A stretch of 13,732 bases of DNA from Octopus sinensis (Eukaryota): the NCBI RefSeq assembly GCF_006345805.1, contig NW_021826045.1, forward strand, positions 1-13,732, written 5' to 3'. The position numbers and the translations under genes were made by a program. Below the pieces are notes generated by a model, which had not been told where the DNA came from, ran no database searches, and saw only the letters and a list, made by a program, of their open reading frames with translations. Shown piece by piece: positions 1-8,567 of this stretch. The stretch's first letter is position 1, and each line of letters opens with the position of its first letter.

Positions 1-40
1 ATATTATATATATGTGTATGTATATATATATATATGTATG

Positions 41-97
<57 letters not shown>

Positions 98-240
98 CAC
101 ACACACAACCACACATATATATTACTCGTTTTGTTTCAATGAAATCTTGACTTTCTGTTACACACCTTTTCTTCACCACCCCACCGACTGCAACTGATCT
201 CTCTTCTTCTTCTTCTTCTTCTTCTTCTTCTTTCTTCTTC
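1..240. repeat. (TA)n, (CA)n and (CTT)n microsatellites
   Basis: (TA)n 1-93, short (CA)n about 96-115, (CTT)n 203-240. Confidence 0.95.
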
Positions 241-482
241 TGCTCTTCTTGTTATTTCTTTCCTTTGTTGTTTCCTTTTAGAATAAGGTAGCTGGGGATA
301 CGCAGCCTTATTTTTTATTCTTTTCTTTTTCTTCTTCTCTTCCTACACAACCTTTGTCTCTAGTCCAATTCATTAATTTACATGTTTATTTATGCTGTGT
401 TTTATGTTGCCTTTATGTTGAAAAACGGTTACATTAGATGCATTAGTGTTAAAATTCGTCGACTAGGAACAACTAAAACAGC

Positions 483-945
483 CAAATAGAAAGAGCCCTC
501 TGCAATATTTGGCAGAAGATCGACCCTATATCTAGGGCAGGGCAATTCGGTAGGATCGAGGTGTATTTACGACTGAGACCCTCGTATTACAACACTCAGT
601 GGTTATCCTCCCCAACGCGGATTTAGTTCTCTTCCCCACTTATTTGGGGAGAAGGACAATAAAGACCACAATACCGTTAGAATCACCAGAGCTACATTTC
701 TGCTGGGTTCTGGCATGCGTAGTGTTGGAGGGTAATGATAGTCTCCAAGACATTAAGAGAATGAGGTTGGAGAACTGGATTGCGACCACACTAGAGGTCT
801 TCTTGTACGTAAATCCCGACCATTAGGAGAAGATCCCAGACCTCTCTCTGTCGAATGTAATTGTGTAATTGTGGAGAGCAGACGACTAAGATTTCCCGTC
901 TGTTAAAAAACTGACCACCTCCGAACATTCTGCCCACACAACAAA
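483..945 (+). mobile_element. Decayed gag-like/ORF1 relic of a non-LTR retrotransposon with a broken CCHC zinc knuckle
   Basis: 892-933 reads [13 protein letters not shown], i.e. C-x2-C-x4-H-x4-C with the first Cys as TTT (one change from TGT) and an internal TAA. Preceded by VIVESRRLR and, in another frame, by the 599-826 ORF. Boundaries approximate. Confidence 0.6.
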
Positions 946-1032
946 AACAGGAAAGGAAGGCACCATTGTTGCTGATACCATCGCTGCAATAACAACAAGA
1001 ATATGTAACAGCAGAATCAATATTCCAGCTAT

Positions 1033-1109
1033 GCCCGGTCTGGGAATCGAAACCGCGACCCTATGACCACGAGTCCGCTGCCCTAACCACTGGACCATTG
1101 CGCCTCCAC
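1033..1109 (-). mobile_element. tRNA-like head of SINE family B (head only)
   Basis: Minus strand GGAGGCGCAATGGTCCAGTGGTTAGGGCAGCGGACTCGTGGTCATAGGGTCGCGGTTTCGATTCCCAGACCGGGCA has an A-box (TGGTCCAGTGG) and B-box-like GGTTTCGATTCC. Closely similar to 4868-4944. Confidence 0.8.
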
Positions 1110-1687
<578 letters not shown>

Positions 1688-1728
1688 TTATATATGTGAA
1701 TATATATATTCTTTCTTTATCTCGGCAG

Positions 1729-1951
1729 GTATTGGCTATGCAATCGGTATGACAACCTTCATGGTCGGTTTCTATTACAACACAATTATAGCGTGGTCAG
1801 TATTTTACCTGTTTTCTTCGTTTACGGCCAACTTACCTTGGTCATCTTGCAACAACACATGGAACACCGAACAATGTATATCACTTGCTGGTGAACTCAA
1901 CACTACCTTAATCACCAACACTTCTGTATATTCGGCAGATGAATATTATAA
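1729..1951 (+). CDS. SLC6A4: SLC6 monoamine transporter (SERT-like), internal exon A: TM3 and first half of EL2
   Basis: Acceptor cggcAG at 1727-1728, donor GTGAGT at 1952. Translation (G)[73 protein letters not shown](N) has the SLC6 YYN-x2-I-x-W motif, LPW-x2-C-x8-C disulfide and three N-glycosylation sequons (NNT, NTT, NTS). 223 nt, phase 1 in, phase 2 out. Symbol means SERT-like; orthology needs a tree. Confidence 0.95.
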
Positions 1952-2144
1952 GTGAGTATCTTCCGTTCCTCATCTATGCCACACTTGTTATTCAACCTCT
2001 TTTCAGAGAAGAATGACAGTGTGTAACATGAAAAATAATTAGAAGAATGGGTGTGAAGGCACGTGCTTGCGTTTTGAGGGAGATGACCTTGCTTTCGTTT
2101 GGTCGTAGGTTTAACTCCGAGGTCTGGCAATGCGTTTATTTTTA

Positions 2145-2555
2145 AGCAGGGCTCTGTATTTAAGAAGCTTGCTTCCCAGCCATATGGCCTTGGGTTCAAT
2201 CCTACTGCGTGGCACCTTGAGTAAGCGTTTCCTGCTTTAGCTTTGGCTTAAACGAAACCTTGTGACGAAAACTGAAAGAAGCCCTTTATTTATATATGTG
2301 TATAGACGAGAGTGGGTGTGTATTTGCGCAAGTGTGGGTGGGTGTACACGTGTGTATCTTCGTATTTGCGTTTGTATATTTCCTCCACCACACCGCTTGA
2401 CAACCGGTGTTTGTTTACGTCTCCGTAACTTAGCGGTTCGGCGATAGAATAAGTACCAGGCTTTAAAAATAAGCGCTGGGATCGATTTGATCGACTAAAT
2501 ACTTCAAGGCGGTGCCCCAGCATGGCCGTGCTCAATGGCAGAAACAAGTGAAAAG
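2145..2555 (+). mobile_element. SINE family A, diverged near-full-length copy
   Basis: Collinear with 5815-6235: GGGTTCAATCCTACTGCGTGGCACCTTG, AAACTGAAAGAAGCCC, an internal TG/TA tract, GCTTGACAACCG, CGTAACTTAGCGGTTCGGC, GATAGAATAAGTAC, CCAGCATGGCCG, GAAACAAGTGAAAAG. Confidence 0.85.
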
Positions 2556-2808
2556 TGAAGAAGACCCTTGATTTCCTGTTGCTCCAGTCTGCTCGAGAAG
2601 TAAATCGTGTTTTCTCATTCACTTGGCTCAGAAACTGGAGTCCGTTCCGGCCTGGTGAGCGTCTACGCTGAAGACTTACTACTTATACTCAATATAGTTT
2701 GTCAAGAAAATTATAAAAACTAATTATAATTAATGAGACGAGTTCATCATTAGATAAATATTTCTCAAAAAGTTGTTTAAATATGTTCTTTTATGTTCTT
2801 TTATGCAG

Positions 2809-2947
2809 TCGCAAAGTTCTGGAATCCCATTTGTCTAATGGAATTGGAGACATTGGTCCGATTAAGGGACCAATTGTTGGATGTCTCGCTGCAACTTTTA
2901 TCGTCATTTACTTTTCTTTGTGGAAAGGAATCAAGTCTTCAGGAAAG
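2809..2947 (+). CDS. SLC6A4: SLC6 monoamine transporter, internal exon B: end of EL2 and TM4
   Basis: Acceptor ttatgcAG at 2807-2808, donor GTTAGA at 2948. The first base completes AA|T (Asn), then RKVLESHLSNGIGDIGPIKGPIVGCLAATFIVIYFSLWKGIKSSGK. YFSLWKG-x2-SGK is diagnostic and RKVLES resembles Drosophila SERT. 139 nt. This frame is absent from the ORF track. Confidence 0.95.
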
Positions 2948-2964
2948 GTTAGATTATTATAACG

Positions 2965-3030
2965 GTTGTTGCTGTTGTTGTTGTTGTTACTGCTGCTGCT
3001 GTTGCTGTTGTTGTTGTTGTTGTTGTTGTT
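2965..3030. repeat. (TGT/TGC)n trinucleotide repeat
   Basis: Starts 17 nt after the exon B donor. Confidence 0.95.
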
Positions 3031-3829
3031 TCGCAAGTTTATGCGTATTTAATCAGCAGGTATTTTATCTTTAGGTTTAGGGGATAAAATGTCTCCTCAA
3101 ACCAATCTCAAGCCGGCGCTAGTTGGTTGAATATTTAGCTTGGAATTTGGCTCGGGGCAGACTCCCTAATTAGTAGGAACTAGAACGAGGTTATGAAGAA
3201 AGGGATCAGTCCCATCCTGAAACGGTCTGAGAAGACGTTATTCCTGAAAAGCTATACATCCTAACTAATATCTATTATCATCTCACAGCCGTACTTTGTT
3301 TCAGTTTCCATCTGACTAAACCGTAGCGTATGATCTTTCGCTTCTTGTAGATGGAGATGATCTACTGGTCTGAAGGTTCAAATGCCGCTAACACCATTGT
3401 GGGTTACTGGCAGGCATTGAGGTTAAATCCTTTTCACGGAACAGTGAGGGGTGGTCACCGTTGGTGAGGCATGTTTTTCTACTGATTGTCTCTTTGATGG
3501 AATTTCAGCCCCGAATCAAGCGTTGACCAAGATCAGGCATCAAGCATCTGGGATATTGTTTGACGCTCAAAGTTCCCTAACAAATAGATAGGCTAGTCGA
3601 GGGTCGGTCAGCTCTTGCATTTTGAGGGCGGTTAGTGATAGGTGACAGTGACAACCTTATCTGGGAAAGACTGGGCATCGACGTAGATCAACTGAACTGC
3701 TTATTCCAATGACTATCAACCCAGAGACTACAGTCGATATAATTCTGTATTTAAGAGATGAGGAATTACATATACATTATTTACATTATTTACATTTGAC
3801 GGATATTTGTCCTCATCTTGTTTGTTGTT

Positions 3830-3875
3830 GACACAAAATTTCGTCTGATATACTCTCCAGCCTTCATCAGGTGAC
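3830..3875 (-). ncRNA. Minimal type I hammerhead-ribozyme-like motif, probably degenerate
   Basis: Minus strand GTCAC-CTGATGA-A-GGCTG-GAGAGTATAT-CAGAC-GAA-ATTT-T-GTGTC: intact CUGAUGA core, stem II with one mismatch, GAAA, stem I CAC/GTG. Stem III cannot form. Confidence 0.6.
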
Positions 3876-3922
3876 TTGGGGAAATTTCGAACCTGGGTTC
3901 TCATTTCTAAGGTATTTTTCGA

Positions 3923-3939
3923 TATTATTATTATTATTA

Positions 3940-3988
<49 letters not shown>
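3923..3988. repeat. (ATT)n microsatellite inside the TSD-flanked element
   Basis: Uninterrupted run of about 22 units. Confidence 0.98.
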
Positions 3989-3992
<4 letters not shown>

Positions 3993-4566
3993 TCACTGTC
4001 TGGAATCGAACTTGGAATCTTGGGGTTAGTAGCCCGCGCTCTTAACCACTACACCATATGCCCGTGGGCATATGAGGACGAATATCCGCCAAATGTAAAT
4101 ACTGTAAATAATGTAAATAATGGACTACAGTCGAATTTCAGAAATCTTCGACTGTCGGTGGGGGAGGGGGCATTGCCGGTTTGAGATAAAGTTTATAGTC
4201 ATAGCAGCGCCTTCGACCGAGTTTGTCCAAAATGCGTACAGGGCAACGAGACCATCCTACACGTCTTCTTTAAGTATCCAGTTACTGATGACTTTTGATG
4301 CGATATCGAAAGCTGTTGTGACGTGAAGGATGGATCCGGATATTGTGAGGGTCACTCGGCTGCTTATCTTTCGTCTGGAAAAGCAGACAAACAAATGTAT
4401 GCAAGGAGGGCAAAGGAGAGTTTCAAATTTGAAAAAGTTGACATCAATGTGTGAATGTAGGAATCGTTGGCGAATAACCGACACAGAGAAGGGAGATGAG
4501 TCAAGTGACGAAAGCCGACATTCCAACACACCGGTAACTATGTGTCTTAATGACAAACTTAAGTGT

Positions 4567-4944
4567 ATAGATAGAATTGTCGTGGCACTCCGTCGGTTTC
4601 GACGACGAGGGTTCCAGTGGATCCGATCGGAATTAACGTGCAGGTGGCTGAGCACTCCAAAGACACGTGTACCCATAACGTAGTTCTTGGGAAGATTCAG
4701 CGTGACACAGAGTGTGACAAGGCGGGCCTTTTCAAATACAAGTATAACAGAAACAGGAAGAAAGACTGAGAGAAAGTTGTGGTGAAAGAGTACAGCAGGG
4801 TTCGCCACCACCCCGTGCCGGAGCCTCTTGGAGCTTTAGGTGTTTCCGCTCAATAAACACTCACAACGCCCGGTCTGGGAATCGAAACCGCGATCCTATG
4901 ACCGCGTGTCCGCTGCCCTCACCACTAGGCCTCTGTGCCTCTGC
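4567..4944 (-). mobile_element. SINE family B, near-full-length copy
   Basis: tRNA-like head at 4868-4944 matching 1033-1109. The body extent to the short (ATCT)-type tail near 4567-4580 is from recognition of the repeat, not from a second copy in this window. Confidence 0.7.
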
Positions 4945-5133
4945 ATAGATAGAATGCAGCAATGAAACAGAACGATGATAAAGCGTTCTTTTGAAGACCC
5001 ACTTACTACCATCGTCTACATTTCCTCTGATCTGTAGGCCCCTTTCTTTACCTTCTTTGTAGCTCCTAATGCTACAGTAGCCCCCAAACCTTGTTTGAAA
5101 CAAAATCGTTGGATGAAAAATAAAATCATTAGT

Positions 5134-5277
5134 AACAGTCATAAATATTGTACTATCATAAACTTTAGCAACAGTCATAATTAGTGTGTTATCTTATTTT
5201 ACTGATAGTCATAACAAACTGAGATATCATAATTATAGTAATAGTCATAAGTATTATATTTTTCATAACAGTCATAA
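5134..5277. repeat. Degenerate ~36-bp minisatellite built on (A)ACAGTCATAA/TCATAA
   Basis: GTCATAA ends at 5144, 5180, 5214, 5250, 5277; interleaved TCATAA ends at 5161, 5232, 5268. Confidence 0.7.
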
Positions 5278-5302
5278 CTACAAAGACCTTTCTACCTCGC
5301 AG

Positions 5303-5437
5303 GCAGTCTGGATAACAGCCACCGTACCTTATATCGTAATTGTCATCCTGCTCATTAGAGGCTGCACTCTTCCTGGTTCCAGTGATGGGATCCTTTACTA
5401 CTTGAGACCCAAATGGCATATGCTGAAGAATTTGCAG
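5303..5437 (+). CDS. SLC6A4: SLC6 monoamine transporter, internal exon C: TM5 and EL3
   Basis: Acceptor ctcgcAG at 5301-5302, donor GTGAGT at 5438. AVWITATVPYIVIVILLIRGCTLPGSSDGILYYLRPKWHMLKNLQ, 135 nt, phase 0/0, with the VW-x-TA-x2-PY and RG-x-TLPG motifs. Confidence 0.96.
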
Positions 5438-5499
5438 GTGAGTGGATCTCCTGTTTATGTAGATATCCCTTTCAGTTACACACCCACACAGATCTAGGC

Positions 5500-5707
5500 A
5501 CAAACACACTATTTGTAGACACACACACACACACACAATATATACAGACACACACTAACATATTCATACAAATATACATTGACATACACATATATACGCA
5601 GTATTTCTACAATTCACACATGAATGTAACATATACTGACTAACGTAACAATCTAGTACACATAGAAGCTAAACACACATACATACACACACATACACAC
5701 ACACATG

Positions 5708-5740
<33 letters not shown>

Positions 5741-5770
5741 CACACACACACATACACACACACATGCACA
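5500..5770. repeat. Imperfect (CA)n-rich tract
   Basis: Directly visible downstream of the exon C donor. Confidence 0.9.
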
Positions 5771-5814
5771 TTCGCGCCCCTATTTTTCATAAAATATATA
5801 CATTCATACATATC

Positions 5815-5990
5815 GGTGCAGGAGTGGCTGTGTGGTAAGTAGCTTGCTTACCAGCCACATGGTACCGGGCTCAGTCCTACTGCGTGGCACTTTGGGCAAG
5901 TGTCTTCTACTATAGCCTCGGGCCGACCAAAGCCTTGTGAGTTAATTTGTTAGACGGAAACTGAAAGAAGCCCCCCATATATATTTATGT

Positions 5991-6040
<50 letters not shown>

Positions 6041-6235
6041 CTGTGTTTGTCGCCCCCACCATTGCTTGACAACCGATGCTGGTGTGTTTACGTCCCCGTA
6101 ACCGGCGGTTTGGCAAGAGAGACCGATAGAATAAATACTCGGCTTACAAAGAATAAGTCCTGGGATCGATTTGCTCGACTGAAGGCGATGCTCCAGCACG
6201 GTCGCAGTCAAATGACTGAAACAAATAAAAGAATA
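5815..6235 (+). mobile_element. SINE family A, best-preserved full-length copy
   Basis: Head GGTGCAGGAGTGGCTGTGTGGTAAG with A-box-like TGGCTGTGTGG (5825-5835) and a B-box-like GGCTCAGTCC, central GGGCAAGTGTCTTCTACTATAGCCTCGGGCCGACCAAAGCCTTGTGAG, internal (TG)n, and tail CAAATGACTGAAACAAATAAAAGAATA. Four other homologous segments in the window. Confidence 0.92.
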
Positions 6236-6469
6236 TGCACATATTATTATGTCCATCCATCAATCTATAGAACAGTAGCATCCCTAACAACAGCAACCAG
6301 AACATCTAACGCTACACAGTTCGTGTGTGTTTACAATAAAGGGAAGATCTGCTTCAGCCAAATTTAAACCATCATTTCCGGTTGCTGAAAGATACTTCCG
6401 GTTTCAACAACGCTAAAAATATTCCAAACATAGTCTCTCAAGACATATGGTCAAACATCTTCATTGTCT

Positions 6470-6470
6470 C

Positions 6471-6529
<59 letters not shown>

Positions 6530-6750
6530 ATTGTAATCTCTTGTGGTTTATATCCTACTTACAAACATTCCGAACTACATTTAATGTTTATTATCGTCGC
6601 CATCATCTTCAGCAGCAGCAGCAGTTACATCGCCACAAGCACCGTCAACACCACTATCAGCAGCAGCAGTGGGACCACTAAAACCAAAACGGCCACAACC
6701 ACAGTCATCATCACCGCAATCATCATCACCACAATCGTCGTCATCAGCAG

Positions 6751-6799
<49 letters not shown>

Positions 6800-6821
6800 G
6801 TCATCGTCATTATCGTCGTTG

Positions 6822-6856
<35 letters not shown>

Positions 6857-7161
6857 GTCATCATCATTATCGTCATCATCATTATCGTCATCGTCACCAT
6901 CATCATCATTATCGTTATCATCATCATTATCATTATCATCATCATCATCATCATTATCGTCGTCGTTGTCATCATCATCATAATCGTCATCATCACTATC
7001 GTCATCATCATCATCATCATCATTATCATCATCATCATCGTCGTCGTCATCCTCCTCCTCCTCCTCATCATCATCATCATCATCATCATCATTATCGTCG
7101 TCGTCATCATCATCATCGCCATCACCACCACCACCATCATCGTCGTCGTCATCGTCATCAT
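6470..7161. repeat. Compound trinucleotide array: (CAC)(TAC)(TGC), then long imperfect (ATC/GTC)n
   Basis: Core (CAT)n at about 6752-7161 abuts the pyrimidine tract of exon D. Source of the poly-Ile/Asp/Met/Ser ORFs. Confidence 0.97.
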
Positions 7162-7185
7162 CTCTCTTTTTCTCTCTCCCCACAG

Positions 7186-7289
7186 GTATGGGTGGACGCC
7201 GCATCACAGATCTGTTTCTCCCTCGGAACAGGCTTTGGCACCTTAATTGCTCTTTCCAGCTACAACAAGTTTAACAACAACTGCTACCT
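7186..7289 (+). CDS. SLC6A4: SLC6 monoamine transporter, internal exon D: TM6 and IL3
   Basis: Pyrimidine tract 7161-7180, acceptor cacAG at 7184-7185, donor GTAAGA at 7290. [34 protein letters not shown](L), 104 nt. Closest to the invertebrate SERT pattern SQIFFSLGPGFGTL[14 protein letters not shown]. Confidence 0.96.
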
Positions 7290-7590
7290 GTAAGATATGA
7301 CGTCACACTTATAACTTCTATTTTACATGTATTTCTGTTTTAACGCGGGGGGGGGCGATAAAGGGGTCGCGGTGGAGGGGTGGGGAGAAAAGGTGTCGTG
7401 GAAGAGGCTTTGGAGAGATTGTGGCTGAAAGGAGTCGGGGAGGACAAATTAAAGCAGAAATACAAAGGCGAATGAGGATTCTTGGTAATGTAGAAGTGTT
7501 GAGGATACTGTTCAGTATACCGAGACGTAAATATGTGAGTTCAAATTGCACTCATTCTCACAATTCAATTATATTCTCTCTCATAAAAGT

Positions 7591-7742
7591 ACTATCTCTC
7601 TCCTTCTCTCTCTTTCCTTCTCTCTCTCCTTCTCTCTCTCCTTCTCTCTCTTTCCTTCTCTCTCTCCTTCTCTCTTTCCTTCTCTCTCTTTCCTTCTCTC
7701 TCTCCTTCTCTCTCTCCTTCTCTCTCTCCTCTCTCTTTCTCT
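7591..7742. repeat. (CT)-rich polypyrimidine tract
   Basis: Repeated CCTTCTCTCTCT-like units. Confidence 0.93.
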
Positions 7743-8447
7743 CGGCACGTTTTGATTATTTAAATAAGCAAATATGATTTCCTCGTTCAATCCTAGGTTA
7801 ACCTGCAATAAATTTAATTAAACGATGTGTGTGTGGTTGTGCATACGCATGCGTGTATGTGCATGTGTGTATGTGTATATATATGTGGTGTGTGTGTGTG
7901 CGTATGTAGTGTAAGATGTAGATATAGAGACCTGTGTAGTTGTCACGGACTCGGCTAACAGTTCACAGAATAATCTAATACAATGAAGTGTTAAATACAA
8001 AGTCCATGCAGCTGAAATCCAGAAGATCCGATCGATGAAATTACTTCATGAGGAATTTATAAACCATAAAGTCAGTAGGTATGAGAGGTGAATATGTTTA
8101 TTTAACTACGTGACATCTGTGGGGTTACAACCGTTTCGCAAACTGCTTCATTAGTATTAATTTCCGTGTGGAAAAAATATATCTAAATGCTTACATTGAT
8201 GTGTATGCTCAGTATGCAAACATGCTAATGATCTGATGAGCTAGTTTTCGTTATTTGCATTGTTTTGTGAATATAGAATTATATTGTATAATGCCGAGAT
8301 TGCGTAATAAAGCAGCATTAAAGCATAATTTCTTCCACACTAAAATCATTACTAAATGAAGAAAACTGCGAAACCCTGAGGATGCCATGTGTTTAATAAA
8401 TATATATTCATGTCTCCTACCTCCTAACTTTTATGGTTTGTACTCAT

Positions 8448-8459
8448 ACACACGCACAG

Positions 8460-8493
<34 letters not shown>

Positions 8494-8532
8494 CACACAC
8501 ACACACACACACACACAAGCACACACACACAC
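8448..8532. repeat. (CA)n microsatellite
   Basis: Directly visible. Confidence 0.95.
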
Positions 8533-8567
8533 ATATATGGTGAGCAAAAGTGTACGTGTGCTGCTAT

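Larger units (their letters stand above)
3738..4122 (-). mobile_element. Non-autonomous retroelement with tRNA-like head, (AAT)n linker and hammerhead-like motif, flanked by a 12-bp TSD
   Basis: Direct repeat GACTACAGTCGA at 3726-3737 and 4123-4134. Minus-strand head (about 4063 to 3990) GGGCATATGGTGTAGTGGTTAAGAGCGCGGGCTACTAACCCCAAGATTCCAAGTTCGATTCCAG has an A-box (TGGTGTAGTGG), a B-box-like AGTTCGATTCC and a GGG-CTACTAA-CCC anticodon-like arm. Confidence 0.85.
3139..4298 (+). mobile_element. Decayed L1/Tx1-type LINE ORF2 C-terminal relic (post-RT region to zf-RVT), interrupted at 3738-4134
   Basis: LGIWLGAD...RN*NEV from 3139, YILTNIYYHLTAVLC...IFRFL* (3255-3350), WSPLVRHVF...LGIDVDQLNCLFQ (to 3709), then ALPV*DKVYSH...CPKC...ETILHVFFKYP...F* (4170-4298), matching the zf-RVT pattern LP-x2-D...C-x2-C...ET-x2-H-x-F-x2-C...W. 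Multiple stops and frameshifts. Clade assignment is from recalled similarity. Confidence 0.75.

Noticed and set aside
501-540. CNIWQKIDPISR resembles the preceding SERT exon (CISIWRKICPIFKG)
   Set aside because: In-frame TAA at 474-476, no LGQY motif upstream and no GT donor at the expected position. It lies in the ORF1 relic.
3990-4065. tRNA-like sequences here and at 1033-1109 and 4868-4944 as true tRNA genes
   Set aside because: No convincing acceptor or T stems, and they are embedded in repeats, so they are treated as SINE heads. tRNAscan-SE would settle it.
4257-4811. 184-aa minus-strand and 117-aa plus-strand ORFs
   Set aside because: They cross the LINE relic/SINE-B boundary and show no recognisable domain.
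6464-7246. Long ORFs of 260, 208, 178 and 104 aa (poly-Ile, -Asp, -Met, -Ser)
   Set aside because: Stop-free readings of the (ATC)n repeat. The real exon starts at 7186 in another frame.
8233-8262. CTGATGAG hammerhead core
   Set aside because: No stem II or GAAA follows.
8379-8445. AG-G-GAT-GCC as the start of the next (TM7) exon
   Set aside because: No pyrimidine tract, and the translation DAMCLINIYSCLLPP lacks the TM7 pattern (N-x2-TS-x3-GF-x2-F-x2-LG-x-M).
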